This document shows, in pieces, positions 1-13,015 of a stretch of 64,000 nucleotides of DNA; position 1 is the stretch's first letter; each line of letters starts with the position of its first letter. Source of the stretch: Geosiphon pyriformis uo1 (Eukaryota; Fungi; Glomeromycota). The DNA is taken from positions 52,703 through 116,702 of the forward strand of contig JAAOMT010000436.1 in NCBI GenBank assembly GCA_016748015.1, written 5' to 3'. Both the position numbers and the translations under genes were made by a program. A model generated the notes under the pieces. It saw nothing but the letters and a program-made list of their open reading frames with translations, was not told the DNA's origin and ran no database searches.

Positions 1-566
1 AGTTTAAATTACTGGTTATATATAAAAAATGTGTAAATAATATTTTTGTTACATATTTTAAGTTTTAATTAATTTATATTTAATTAATACATAAAAATAA
101 CATTATTAAATTTGTTTTATATTTACAAATTAAAATATATAAGCTTTTATTTATTAAGTTTAAATTAATATAAAGTTACATATATATATATAAAATAATA
201 ATAAAAATATATTTAATACTGGTTTGATTTTTTTTAATTTTAAAACTTACAATTATTTTTACTTTAAAATAATAAAACGAATTTTATTCAATATTAAAAT
301 ATATAAAACAATTATAATGTTAATTTAACAAAACAAAATAACTTAATGAATATTGCAAAATACAATAATTATTAAAAAAGCAATTATATTATATAGGCAT
401 ATGGCAGGGGGTAAAAACTCTGATTATCGTTATAATTTAACAAAGACGAGTTTGTACTTAAATAGTAAACTTATACTGATAAATCAAAGATCTGAAACGT
501 CATTGACACGAACCAAACATATATTAGGCCATATCTTCCCAAACCATAACAAACACGCAAAACAGC

Positions 567-1750
567 ATGACGAGCGTTGAAGATATTAAACGTGAATTAG
601 AATACGTAAAGACCCAGTATGGGAGATGCGTGGAGGAGCTGAAGGAGAAGGGTGAGAAGCTGGGTGAAAAGGAAGTTGAGTTACATGACTTGAAGAAGAA
701 TTTGAGACAGAGGAAGTACGAGGACGAAAGCGAAAAGAATTGGTGGTTAGAAGATATGCAAAAGCTAGAAGAAGAAGTGAAGGAGCTAAAATTAGACAAG
801 AACGAGCTAAGAACGAGTAAAGATAGATGGGAGTTGCAAATGCAAAAATTACAAAATACGTTGATGGAAACAACTAAGACAGGTAACTCGGGCGTTGGGA
901 AATGGAGTAGGATAAAAAAGTACTTTCTTTGGGGAAATAGAGTAGTGTGTACATAGGGTAGAATAGACATAGTAATGTGGTTTTCTATACTGTGGATTTA
1001 TCACTAACTGGAGTTACTTTTCTAGTTAAAATCAGCTTGGAAGATGCGCTGTCATCTATACCACCCCCCGTAAGATATTCTTCAACAGGTGTTACATCGA
1101 AGACCACTACGAAAGTCCATGGTAACCCACCGACAAGTGTACTGCTTTGGGATAACTTTCTCGAGGAAGTGAACCAATTCCGCTTCGATCAACAACCGAG
1201 ATTCGAGAGACCGCAATTTGCTAAAGATAGAGAGATGATTAATGAAGAAGATGTTCGTGATGCCTTGAATTCCAACATTTGTACAGTGGTAAATAGGCTT
1301 ATGTCATCAGAAGGTTATAAGTTCACAAGGCGTCAAACCCATACTCCTGGTATACCAGACTTCAATTGTTTTCTTGGAGAATTATTAATCTTAGTGATCG
1401 AAGTTAAAAGAAAGCATGTGTTAGAAGATATTGGTGGAAGGAGGTTTCCCGAGTTTTATCAGGATAATGACAAGGCAAGAATGGTGGTCCAACAAATCTA
1501 CAATTATATGGGAGCAAATGAGCGTAGATATGGTATTTTAACCACCTACGATAATCACTGGTTTCTACGCCGAGAGCACACAATGCTCTGGATCTCAGAA
1601 ACTCTTTCACTACAATCAAAATCTCCGCCAGTGCTTAAGGCGTACGCTTATTTGGCTCGACAAGCAAAGGATAATCCTGAATCCCTTAATCCATATCGGG
1701 TGCCGGTACCAACTCATGGAAATAATAATTCACGTGTTCTTCGATCACAG
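567..1750 (+). CDS. Spliced gene, 3' end lost in the N gap: coiled-coil N-terminus plus PD-(D/E)xK nuclease-like domain (Crinkler-type; such proteins often continue into a kinase). Exons 567-882 and 1026->1750
   Basis: Intron 883-1025: AG|GTAACT donor, CACTAAC branch at ~1002, TTTTCTAG acceptor. Phase 1 on both sides joins the 567 and 977 ORFs. Motifs GIPDF...LVIEVK...QQIYNYM...YGILTTY..HWFL. CpG-rich, no internal stops. Confidence 0.7.
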
Positions 1751-1770
1751 NNNNNNNNNNNNNNNNNNNN

Positions 1771-3490
1771 GGAGAGGAATGGCGCTTCATGTTCATTCTT
1801 TGGCACGCTATCAAAAAGCTGCAAGAATATTCCCTCACTGAATCAGCTGAGAAACTCTGGAATCTGCAACTGGATTACGAGTGGTGCCAGAAATTCTGGG
1901 CAGAGGTCTTAGCAAGCAGTAAAGACTGGGAGAATGTTAATCAGAGCGATGCAAACCTCGACATGGATAAATTCCCATTCTCAGATAATCCCAAAAATGA
2001 AGTCAAGATTCTTTTATGCATTGACGAAGCTCGATGCCTCATTAGTTCTGTGCAAAATGATGACTGCAGTAAATTTCGATTGTTTAGAAGAGCTATGAGA
2101 CACATCAACTGGAATGGCTTCTTCGTCCTCTTTTTGGACACGCTCAGCAAAATTTCCAACTTCACACCACCGTCATCAGCAGACCCATCTGCAAGAAGGG
2201 ACGAGCTAAAATTTGAATTATTTCATCCATTTATTCGACTTACAACGATGGATATCTTTGGAAAAAAGACAGTAGATCCAATGGAAACATCTGAAGAAGA
2301 TCCAATAGAAACATCTGAAGAAGATCCAATAGAAACATCTGAAGAAGACCAGATGGTCCAATTGGCAAGGCTAGGGAGACCATTAATATACAGTTATTTT
2401 GATGTCAAACGGAAAGCTCCCTTTAGGACTCAAACAGCCCTTATAGGACTTGTCTCACTATTGAAGATTAAACTTTTTGGTGGAGAATCTTCTTTCCAAG
2501 GCAGCGACATGTCCAGTATTGCTGTTTTATCAGTTCTCGTTTGTTTGGATTTTTCACCCCAATCAAAGATCGCTTCCGATCTCGTGGCATCCCATATGGC
2601 AACGTGTTGCAGTATCACATGACAGAGAGCGCTTGTTAATTCGTTATCCTTCGGAACCTTTATTAGCAGAAGCAGCGTTATCTGCTATTACTGATAACGA
2701 GACATTGATTTGTGTTCTTCAAAGGTTCAATGAGACACTAAAAAAGGGGTTCGTGGACGCAGGCCCTCGTGGAAAGGTGGTGGCACGAATTATCCTAATT
2801 CTCGCAGTAAGGTCTATACAGAAAACGAAACAATGGAAATCAATTGCCATCACAGTCAAACAATTAATGGAATTACTGGATCCTGCTGCACTTAACCTAA
2901 AAGATTTTGAGGATGCAACCGTGGCTTTTACACACTTCATTCCCATAACATACGTTCCTGAAATATGTTCTTTGAAAAAATATTATCAACGACGGTGTGC
3001 TGTGATTCTTAAGCGTAATAACCCTGGTGCAGACATTATGATTCCTGTAAAATTGGCAGAAGATCGATATTCCTATATCCTCGTTCAAGTGAAAAACTAT
3101 GCATCAAGCGACCGGAACGCAGACAAGACCTATCCAGAGTCTGGTTCAACCAAATTAACTTCACGATTTGTTTTTCGAAATTCAGATCTCAAAGATCATA
3201 CCGAGCAATACATCACTTTATATTGGCAACTCGGATTTGAAGGACAACTCAGTGAGGTTCCACCAATCCGCGAGTCCAAACGCCAAAAACTTGAACAAAA
3301 ACAACACACTTTTGCACACTTTGGACTAGATACTTTCGAATTTCTTGATTCCAGCATCAAAAAAGAATTAGCAGACCTTTTGGACGCCTTTATTTCACCC
3401 TTTGATGAAACATGGAAGTTTGAAAATGAGGATACAGGCGATCATTGGTCTGAGGATCATATCGTGGCTCAAGATCCCCTTGTTTACTAG
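1771..3490 (+). pseudogene. C-terminal part of a Crinkler-type NTPase + restriction-endonuclease-like effector, frameshifted at ~2605 (true pseudogene or assembly error)
   Basis: Walker B-like ILLCIDEA, GRPL, YPSEPLLAEAA and G.RG.VVARIIL motifs, plus REase-like NNPGADIMIPV...ILVQVKN. ORFs 1789-2622 and 2477-3490 join as SHMATC/VAVSHDRE if 2 nt are restored in TGTTG. Confidence 0.65.
2275..2346 (+). repeat. 3 x 24-bp coding tandem repeat (DP[M/I]ETSEE)
   Basis: GATCCAAT[G/A]GAAACATCTGAAGAA three times. Confidence 0.95.
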
Positions 3491-3564
3491 TCTAGTATTC
3501 ATCACCAATGTGATGGCAAGTGTTCGCTTTTGACTTTCTTCAATAGCAGGTATTAAACAGTTGT

Positions 3565-6115
3565 GCCTTTCTAGTAAGCTATCTTTAAATTTCTATTCTT
3601 ATTTCTAGATTTTTTACCAGGCTATTCTTGACATTAAATACTTAGCATTTAATTTTTTTAATTAATTAGTAAACAACAAAAAAATAAAATAAACAAAAAT
3701 AAAAAAAAAATAAAAAAAAAAATAAAAAAAAAATAAAAAATTAGTATTTTGTCAATAGCTATGATCAAGAGCAATTGGTCCAATATAGTTAAGTGTTAGA
3801 TACTATTAACATAAAGTGTTGATAAAATAGAATTAATTAATATTTTTAATCAAATGATAATAATATAGATTTGAATAATAAGTAGATATTTTATTGATAT
3901 TAATGTAATTTTACTTTAAGTTATAAAAAACTATTTTTTGAAGAAAAAATATTGGAGATTTAGAATTTTAATAAATTCTGCCTCTTTTTTGCTTCTAATA
4001 TTTTCACTATATATACATAATTCTTGTTATATAAGATTACATATTTTTTGAACAGTGTATTTTAATTTTTCTAACAGTATATATATTGCTAAATAATATG
4101 TCATAATTTTCTAACAATATGTTCATTGTTAAGTAGTATGTTATAATTTATTAATAATACACTCTTTGCTAAGCAGTATGTCATAATTTACTAATAATAT
4201 GCATATTGCTAAGCAATATGTCATAATTTTCTAATATTGTACTTACTTATTAAGTATTATTCTCTTATTGGTTTATTTTTCTATTTGTTTTTCTTACTTT
4301 TTTTTTGTACTCTTTTCTATGAATAACATTATCTTCTCTTTTAATATTGAACTCTATCAAAATTTTCATTTCAAATTAAGTCTTTTACTTTTTTTTCTAA
4401 TACTGTTTGTTTAATTTTGTTTCTTATTTTTTTACATTAAAAGTTGTTTATTTTTTTTCATTGGTTAATGATTATTGTTTTTATTTTTTGATATGGTAGT
4501 ATTTCTGAATAGTTTTGAAATATAATATATAGTTAGTAAATTGTTTTGATGTATAGTATAGAATTTGTCTTCTTTTTAATAAAATTTCTGAATATTTAGT
4601 TTTTGTCCTAATTAATAATAAAAATATATACTGGAAGTTGTTTTATTTATAGCTTCCAGTTTTTTTTAGTTAATTTTTCTGTTGAAACAATTATTGGTAT
4701 TTTTTTAAAAGTGTTCTTTACTTTTTCTATAATTTTATTTGACCAGTGTTTTGTTTAGTTTTGTAATTATTAATATGAAATAGTTTTTGCTTTTTTCTTC
4801 TTTTTAGTGTTTTGATAGCAAATTGTTTGGTGGTTAATAATAATTTTTATGTCTAACTATTGTTAATTTATAGCTTGAAACAATTATTGTGTTATTATGT
4901 AAATATGATTTGGAATTTTTATCTTTTTACTATTGCTTTTTTCACATATGTTGTTTTTTTATATACTATTTTAATCAATTAATTTGACATGTTTGTTTTG
5001 ATAACTATAATTGATTTCAGATTTCATAAAATCTCATCTGGTTTAAATAATATTTGTTGTATTTCTAATTGTAAAATATTATTAATAGATAATGATGTTA
5101 TATTGTGATATAGTTTTAGTTAATTACTATATATTGTTTTAGTTAAAATTTTGTTGTTCTATCTTAATTTATAAGTTTTGTTTTTTAAAATTTTTTCAAT
5201 GTAAATTAATCTGTTTTATTTGGGGTCAAATCTTCTACTTCATTGTTTTTTTACTTTAATATAATATAAGAGTACTTTGTCTCCAATCTTAAATTTGATT
5301 GGGTTATCTAATAACTAGTTATTATATTATTTTTTTTGTTTTGCTTGTGGCTTTTGTATATTATCAGCNNNNNNNNNNNNNNNNNNNNGTTTTTGCTTTT
5401 TTCTTCTTTTTAGTGTTTTGATAACAAATTGTTTGGTAGTTAATAATAATTTTTATGTCTAATTGTTGTTAATTTATAGCTTGAAACAATTGTTGTATTA
5501 TTGTGTAAATATGATTTGGAATTTTTATCTTTTTACTATTGCTTTTTTCACATATGTTGTTTTTTTATATACTATTTTAATCAATTAATTTGACATGTTT
5601 GTTTTGATAACTATAATTGATTTCAGATTTCATAAAATCTCATCTGGTTTAAATAATATTTGTTGTATTTCTAATTGTAAAATATTATTAATAGATAATG
5701 ATGCTATATTGTGATATAGTTTTAGTTAATTACTATATATTGTTTTAGTTAAAATTTTGTTGTTCCATCTTAATTTATAAGTTCTGTTTCTTAAAATTTT
5801 TTCAATGTAAATTAATCTGTTTTATTTGGGGTCAAATTTTCTACTCTATTGTTTTTTTACTTTAATATAATATAAGAGTACTTTGTCTCCAATCTTGAAT
5901 TTGATTGGGTTATCTAATAACTAGTTATTATATTATTTTTTTTGTTTTGCTTGTGGCTTTTGTATATTATCAGCTGTTTTTTGCCTTTTGTTTTTTAAAG
6001 TTTCTATTAAGTCATATGTTCTTTTTAGTAAAGTTTCTTAGAAGTTAACTTTTGTTATTGGTTCAACTGGATATATATTAATCTCTATTTTGATTAAAAA
6101 TATTGCTGTTTAACT
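3565..6115 (-). mobile_element. Highly decayed relic E of an A/C/D-related Ty3/gypsy element: partial 3' LTR (~3565-4328), PPT, ORF3 and integrase C-terminus
   Basis: 3741-3830 matches LTR text at ~19590 (TTAGTATT.TGTCAATAGC.ATGATCAAGAGC). The LTR ends ...GAATAACA at 4328 followed by the PPT. 5200-6110 resembles integrase 20980-21270. Confidence 0.8.
4060..4245. repeat. ~40-bp tandem repeat (~4-5 copies) in the U3 region of the relic LTR
   Basis: Recurring ATTGCTAAGCA.TATGTCATAATTT.CTAA units. Confidence 0.75.
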
Positions 6116-9100
6116 ATTTTTTTATTTTTTTATTTTAATGAGTGAGGTAGGAATAAATAATGCACTTTCTACATGTGACTAGCCACTTGGGCCAGTCAAG
6201 ACAACACTACACGCCTATATGCACAGAGACCAAATTCTTAACGTCTGAAAAGAATGAACAAAACTTACAAAACCCAAAACTAACCCCAAAAGCTTCAGCC
6301 ACACCCAGCAACCTGACCATACTAGCTGAGAATCTCATAGACAAACCAGAAATTGGCATAAAAGTGGAACTGTCACAAGGGATCAAACCATGCTTTTCTA
6401 TAAAGGCCCAATGTTTGGCACAAACCAACCAGACATTCTTCCAAAATGCAAGACAAAAGTTACACACAAAATTCACAATTTTTTTAGCCCTAATCTTAGG
6501 ATCATTAAAAACCGAAACAGACTCACAACACCAGTTACAAAAAACAAAGCCCTTATACAGAGCAATGCCAACTTCTATCTCAGAGACACAAGAGGCTAAC
6601 AACAATAAAACACATGAAGAAAAGTGAGACAAACCAGAAAGAGCCTCCCAAGCCAAAGCATGAGAGTTCAACAAATGAGCATAAACAGTGGAGTCATGAG
6701 GACAAGAAAAAACATGGTCCGAAATCTCAACATCACCACAGTATAAACACATCACACTGGGGTAGCCTCTATTATACAAATGCTTACACATAGCAACCAG
6801 GAGCCAATGATAGAGGGCTTTCATAAAGTACATTCAAGAGCCAGCTGTATGCATACTAGTAAAACCAGCAGCCAAATAAGAATCAGGGTGCCACACCAGA
6901 GAGGACTTAAACCAATCAATATCAGCATGTAAACCATTCACCATAACCCAAGATCCAGATCCAACTTTCCATTGAACATGATAAACAGAACAGAAAACAT
7001 TATGTACAAAGTGTCTAAAATTTCCAGAAACCGCAATACCATCAGCACTCAGAAAGCATTCACTAATCAAGTGAGGCAGGTGCCAGGCAGAGGCAGCTGC
7101 ATTCTTGGCAAGTGCATTAGCATGCTCATTGTCTAAGATACCCAAATGACTCTTAATCTTAATTCAATTTACATCCAAATTTTTTTGATGAATAACATTA
7201 ACAATATGGTGACACTTGATCCAGCAATAGTTCCTAAACTCTGGATGGAACAGCAAAGACTCTGATATGCATGCATCCAAAGCTGCTTGGCTGTCAGAAA
7301 ACAAGTCAACTGAATGAGAAGAAGGAACACACTCAAGAGCCAAAGTGATGGCTTGTAACTTTGTCAAAGTAAAAGAAACCAGACCAGACACCTCTACATC
7401 CAAACCCATGTCAATGTCCTCAAAAAAAATGGCAGCACCTGCTTTTATGTCAACAGTGCCCAGATCACACAGAGACCTATCCATATGCACAGAAAGACAA
7501 GCAGCATCAACTGTCAGCAGAGTGTTACAAACCATACTAAAACCATGAGATTGACAAACATCAGAATTAGCTTAACTATCTGAAACCAAAGAACTAACAG
7601 AAAAGGGAGCAATACCACCAAGAAAGCAAATGGAGAGATCAAACCAGAAGAAGACTGGATCATGAAGGTCCAGCCTTTTCCAATGCTTAAAGATACTCCA
7701 ACTGAAAACATTACCATTATGGTCACAAAGCTGTTCCACAAAAGCAATTCCATAATGCCTGAGTGAAGAGACATACTTGAAAAAAAAAAGTTCATCAAGA
7801 ACAAGAGACATAGGAATACCACTCCAATGGTGAAATGCGCACACCAGAGAGCCACTTAAAGATAAATTACACCCAAAAAAAATGCAAACTACACCTGCCA
7901 AAAAATTATTTAAGGGGCTAACACCAACACAAGCCAGAAACAGCAAAGAATGATGAGACCACTAGCTGAGAACCTGAATATCATGAGACCTATGAGAAAA
8001 TAAGTGACCCAAAACACCAATGGAATTCACAAAAGTAACAATGGAAGCCGATTTGCCTTTAGCTTGAATCTGTTTAAAAGTTTTTAAATTGTACAAAGAG
8101 GGATGATGAAATACATCATTGGGGAAGTCGTGTGGTAGCCCAAACTTTGACTTTAAGACTTTGCATATAAGAGCATCCCATTTATTACAGACACAAAGAG
8201 GAACGAAACTGAACTGAGTTCTGTAGCTAATAATAGAAAAAAGAACTGCAGATACCAAATACATGCACTGTTTGTCTAATATCGCCTTCCTTAAAACCAG
8301 ATTCACAAAAAACCATATATCCAACTGAGCTTTAGCCAAGCTAGACTTTGAAAAACTCTCAAAAAACAAAAAAATACCCAGATAGTGGTAAGGTTCTCTT
8401 TTTTTGGCAATGAAAATAGACAAGCCACTGATAGTCAAAAAGGGTGTAGCAACCCGGCAGTTGATAGGGATGGCTACAGTCTTATCATTATTGATTGAAA
8501 TGTTATTTAACCTGAAAAATTCACTAGCAACATTGAAAATATGTTGTGTAGCAGTCTGGCTGCTATCTACCCAAATGGTATTATCTACAAAAGCACCAGC
8601 AGTGAAAAAAGAGAAAAGCCCAGTCTGAGACTCAGCATGACCACTTCCAGAAACAAAATGAGAAATGAGCCTGTATTTGCACACACTCTCTTGGTGCTTG
8701 ACTTCACACAGAAAAGGATCATAAAATATGTACCACAGAAGAGGGGAAAAAACTTCACCTTGGTTCAGTCCATTGTGCACCCAATAACCATTGGTCAAAC
8801 CAAAATCTGTTATAACTTGGTTGGTCTGGTCCTTGTAAATACTACCAAAAAAACAAACAAATTTACCACACATTTTGATCCTCAAAAGGCACTTCTCAAG
8901 ATGCTTCCAGCCAACCGAATCATATGCTTTTTGCATGTCCTGCAGAACAAGCCAGAGTTTCCGGTTCTTTTCCAAAACATCCTCAATTACCAAGCCAATT
9001 GCAAAAATAGAAGACTGAGTTGTTATACCCCTTAAAACCAAAAAATTGTTACCATGTAGAACATCATGAGTACTGCAAGCCAGTGAAATTTTATCTGAAA

Positions 9101-10852
9101 GAATCTTGGAGAGAATTTTGCAAGCCATTTTGATCAAGACAATAAAATGAGTGTTTATTAGAACACCTTCCCACTCATAAGGCTTGAAAATCATCGAGAC
9201 CCAAGCCTCCTTCCAAAGGCTAAACACAGATTTAACAAACAAGCAAAAATTCAAAAGCACCAAAAGCATACTAAGAACTAAAATGTCACAATGTTTCTAT
9301 AATTTATTTGAAATACCCAAGAAATTAGCAGCTTTGCCATCGGGCTAGTTAGAGACAACTCTAACCAATTTATCATAATCAATCATGCCCATCACGCCAG
9401 AAAAAGCATCATTATACACATAATTCAAAGATTGATACTGTCAAGACCAGTTGTTAAGAATATCAAGAACCACCCTGTACTTTTTAGTCCAGCCCTTCAT
9501 GATCTTATTCATCTTAGACTTCACTGGAGCTGGTTCCAAAATCAGCTCATCATCTATTATTAAATGATCCAAAACAACTTTGCGGAAAGAATATTCCAAA
9601 ACACTCTTAATAATATGGTCCTTGTCCAACTCAAAGCTTTTCATCCTCTTGTCAATTGCCAATCTGATCTGGGACTCTTAAGCATGGCTTGATTCTAAGA
9701 GTTTAGAAAAATGATATGATTTTTTAATCTTGGCCAAGATTGAATGGATGATATTAAAATGAAAACCCAAGAGAAACAGAGACTTTACAACAGAGGCATT
9801 GGCAGAATCAAAACCACCCTATACATCAAGCAAAGACACAAATTCTTTGTAAGCAACCAGACGAAAGGCCTTAACAATCTTTAACACCAAAAGTTCCAAT
9901 TTGTGAAATCTGGAAGACACCTTATTGAAGACTTCATCATAGCTCTTGAACCATATCTTCTTGAAAATAGACTCAGCTGACAAACACATTACCTAGTGAA
10001 GAGCATACTACATAGCATTCAAATCCGAACTTTTCACAACAACAGAGAATTCATCAATAAACATAATAGCATTCACCACTGTTTCTTTCCTAAACCCAAT
10101 CTATTTAGCATTATTAGCACTCTTGTAATTGTACTTCCAATAATCTTTATTTGCTTGCTTGCACAGTAAGAACAAGTGTGTATTCAAAAAACCACCAACA
10201 CCCACAGAAACAGAAACAGCCCTATAATTAGTATCAAAATAATCACCAACATTGACCACTTCATGATTCAATATCGCATTAACCAGACTTGAGGATACAA
10301 ACACATAGTCAATGGTCTTAAAGACACTTTGAGAATTGTTCTATGTTGCTTTCTTTTCAGACGCACTCCCACCCAAGAAATTAACTAAACCAAGATTGAA
10401 ACATTTTTTAAAGCTAGCACACTTATGAGAGCCATCTTCATTGAAATCTCTACCTAAGATAGTGAAAAAAAATTCATTCACAGTCTTTGCAATCATAGAA
10501 TTAATATTGTTTATCTAAAAAAAACGTACTGCCAGAGATGCCCCAGCATACAGCCCCAAAATTGACACAGAAAGTTTATTTTTGAAGAGTAACTTAATAG
10601 AAAAAAGCTGGCCAGGAACTTCCAAAACCTTACACATGTGCCAAGTCAAAAAATTGTTCATAATAATTGTGACACCAGAATCCAAGTGACCAGCATCCAT
10701 ATCCGAAGTGAAAACTCGGATACTGCCAAACTTGTTTATGATCTACGGTTAGATCTTACCTTTCAGTTTAGTTTTAGTAACAATTGTAATCAAATTGTCT
10801 ATCTTTTTATGTCAACAAACAATATTATCCTGTTTCACAGGATTGTTCATGC
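6116..10852 (-). mobile_element. LINE-1: non-LTR retrotransposon with degraded ORF2 (APE endonuclease, RT, RNase H, C-terminal Cys/His); 5' part missing
   Basis: RT motifs VLQDMQKAYDSV, GLNQGEVFSPLLW and AGAFVD[N]T. RNase H motifs LQAITLALE, LFSDSQAALD, NEHANALA. C-terminal CLYCG..E..DHVFSC. EN motifs ILGLYAG and IDYMFVS. A-rich tail at ~6116-6136. Confidence 0.9.
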
Positions 10853-12475
10853 TGTTACTAGAGGTTTTTGGTCTCTTTTCTTAAATGTTGTTGATGCCTG
10901 TTTGCTGTGAATTCACGTTTTCTGGATGTGGTTAAACCTCCAGTACTGAATTTATCTTCAGATTATCTCCTATAATTTGAACTGCTGGGCTTATAAGTGG
11001 AATGGCCAATTCCATGCCAGTTACTTTATATAGTTATATTGTAGTAAACATCAACTCTTTCCCAGGAATTGCTCATCTGAAAGCTCACTAAATGTGTAGT
11101 TACTTTGCTGTGAAAGTCAACTTTTCTACAGGAATCTCGTCTGTAGGCTACCTTAATGATTATAATAAGAAAATAAAAAGAAAATAAAAAAAATGTAAAA
11201 GAAATAGAATTCTGTCAAGAGAAATGTTTTCAATTCAGGCCTGGAGTCACTAACAGTTTATTGAAATTGGTAGCTAATCAATTTCAGAATGTTAGTTGGG
11301 TTTTGAAAATTTTTCAAGTACAATAATTAAAAAATTTGGTTTTTCAAATTTGTTTGATATTTATTTCTCTTTTGTGTGTGTAGAAATAATTCTAAGTGAT
11401 AAATCTAAAATAAGATACATTTTTTCAAAGAGAGAACCTCTTCTTTTATACAACTTGTTGTAACACTATTCTATGAACTTGAACTTTGCTCTTTTCTACA
11501 ATTTTGTTAAACTAAAGATACATTTTGGCAAACTACAAGTTATTTCTGCGAACTATTAGATATTTTGGTGAACTATCAATTATTTCAGCGAATTTCTTCA
11601 AATTTCGACAAACTTTTTGAATGTTACATAGTTCGAGGTATTGCATGATTGATCATCACAATTAGGTTACATTTGTGTTATGTACAAATTGGATTATTAA
11701 TTAAATGATAATTTTGGACATTTTGCTAATATACTAAGTGATAATTTGAAACGATAATATATATTAATTAATGATAGGAATTATAAAGATAATTTCATGC
11801 TAAATAATATCTCTAATTTTGTCTGAAAATTGTTGAAATTTCAGTTCTGTGAGCTTTTCAATGTATTGAATCTTCAAAGACTGTAAAATTGGGTTTTGTA
11901 GGGCGTTTTCACAGGTGTAAAATAGGTCATAAAGTGCAAGAGCAGCTCTGAGCCTGTAGTGACTGTTTGTTGATCCAGCTGTTGTCTTGAATTTATTGTG
12001 GAGTTGTTTCTGAATAGCTTTTTTTGAAAGATTTGCTGTTGTAAATTCCAGTTTTTGTTTGTAGAGTGTTTTTCCAATGTGGAAATATCTATAGATTGGA
12101 GGATATTCAGTGTTTTTCTCATTGAGACACAGTTGAAGTCTTTGTTGAATTGTAGCATTTGGTGGAATACTAATCGGAATGAGCATTAAGTTTTCTCTTA
12201 AAGCAAGCTTTAAAAGTTCTGGCAGGTGAATTCCAGAATAACTTCTTGTGTTTTTCTTATATGGGTGATATTTTCGTGAATTTGGGGCTAAATTTGTGAC
12301 TACTTTTGTTTAGGTATAATTAATGTGGTTTCCAGTAACAGTAATGAATAATTCGGGTATTGTTTTTAAAGCTAACATTAGTTTTTGGAATAATTGTTAA
12401 ATGTTTTGAGGAATAGTCATTATAAGAGATTTGAAATAAAGAAAATTATTTTTGGTGTATGGGTTTTTATGTTAT

Positions 12476-12478
<3 letters not shown>
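10853..12478 (-). mobile_element. Partial family-B LTR element (3' LTR plus ORF3) abutting the LINE-1 endonuclease
   Basis: Starts TGTTACTAGAGG like the LTRs at 22772 and 31608, and aligns to 22772-24500 apart from a 99-bp deletion. Confidence 0.9.
11800..12420 (-). pseudogene. Family-B ORF3, unknown function (207 codons, in-frame stops, 33-codon deletion)
   Basis: ATG at 12420 gives MTIPQNI*QLFQKLMLALK...YRYFHIGK...RAALALYDLF...; homologous to 23722-24441. Confidence 0.8.
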
Positions 12479-12533
<55 letters not shown>

Positions 12534-12535
12534 TT

Positions 12536-12575
<40 letters not shown>

Positions 12576-12580
12576 CTTTC
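12479..12580 (+). repeat. ~100-nt poly(T) tract at the B/A junction
   Basis: Seen directly. Corresponds to the shorter T-rich tract of LTR A at 41783-41819. Confidence 0.95.
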
Positions 12581-12953
12581 CTTGTGTTGTTTTGTTGTTG
12601 TATACTAATTGATTAAGGATTAGAAGTGCTGAGTTATTGATGTCATGGATAGCCTGATAAAAGACCCAAAAATAAGGGTAGAATTTTATATATTATCAGA
12701 TAGCTTACTAGAAGGGCACAACTGCCAGACTAAATCTGGCCTCCATGCTAAGAAAAAAATTGAACAGAATTGCAATTCCAAAAACTATTACAAATACAGT
12801 CGAATTTCTGTTCATTATACAAAGAACTTCACCAAAACCTTTCAGATTGCATAAGACCTTCAGATTACCAATATTAACAGAAATCAATAGCTTTTGAGCA
12901 CCAAGTTACAGGTTTGTTATTTATTCTCACACCAGAAATAATCACTTGTAACA
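12480..12953 (+). repeat. Truncated 5' LTR of A
   Basis: Ends CACTTGTAACA, as does the 3' LTR at 42190. Confidence 0.9.
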
Positions 12954-12955
12954 TT

Positions 12956-12970
12956 TGGTGCTTCCTGTGA
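12956..12970 (+). promoter_or_regulatory. PBS of A (consensus from D/C: TGGTGCTCCCTGTGAG)
   Basis: TGG lies 2 nt after the LTR. Complementary to a tRNA ending ...GGAGCACCA (elongator Met or Ile-UAU are candidates; unverified). Confidence 0.85.
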
Positions 12971-13015
12971 AGTATAATCCTACAGAAAACCAGCATCAAC
13001 AAACACCATCTAAAA

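Noticed and set aside
977-1912. Track ORF of 311 aa as one protein
   Set aside because: It starts inside an intron and reads across an N gap into a different gene.
4783-5974. Genuine tandem duplication
   Set aside because: It exactly flanks a scaffold gap, so an unmerged contig overlap is more likely.
6160-6627. Antisense ORFs over LINE and LTR coding regions (many in the track)
   Set aside because: Shadow frames with no motifs and no conservation between copies.
12394-12612. Poly-Phe membrane protein
   Set aside because: Translation of a poly(T) tract.
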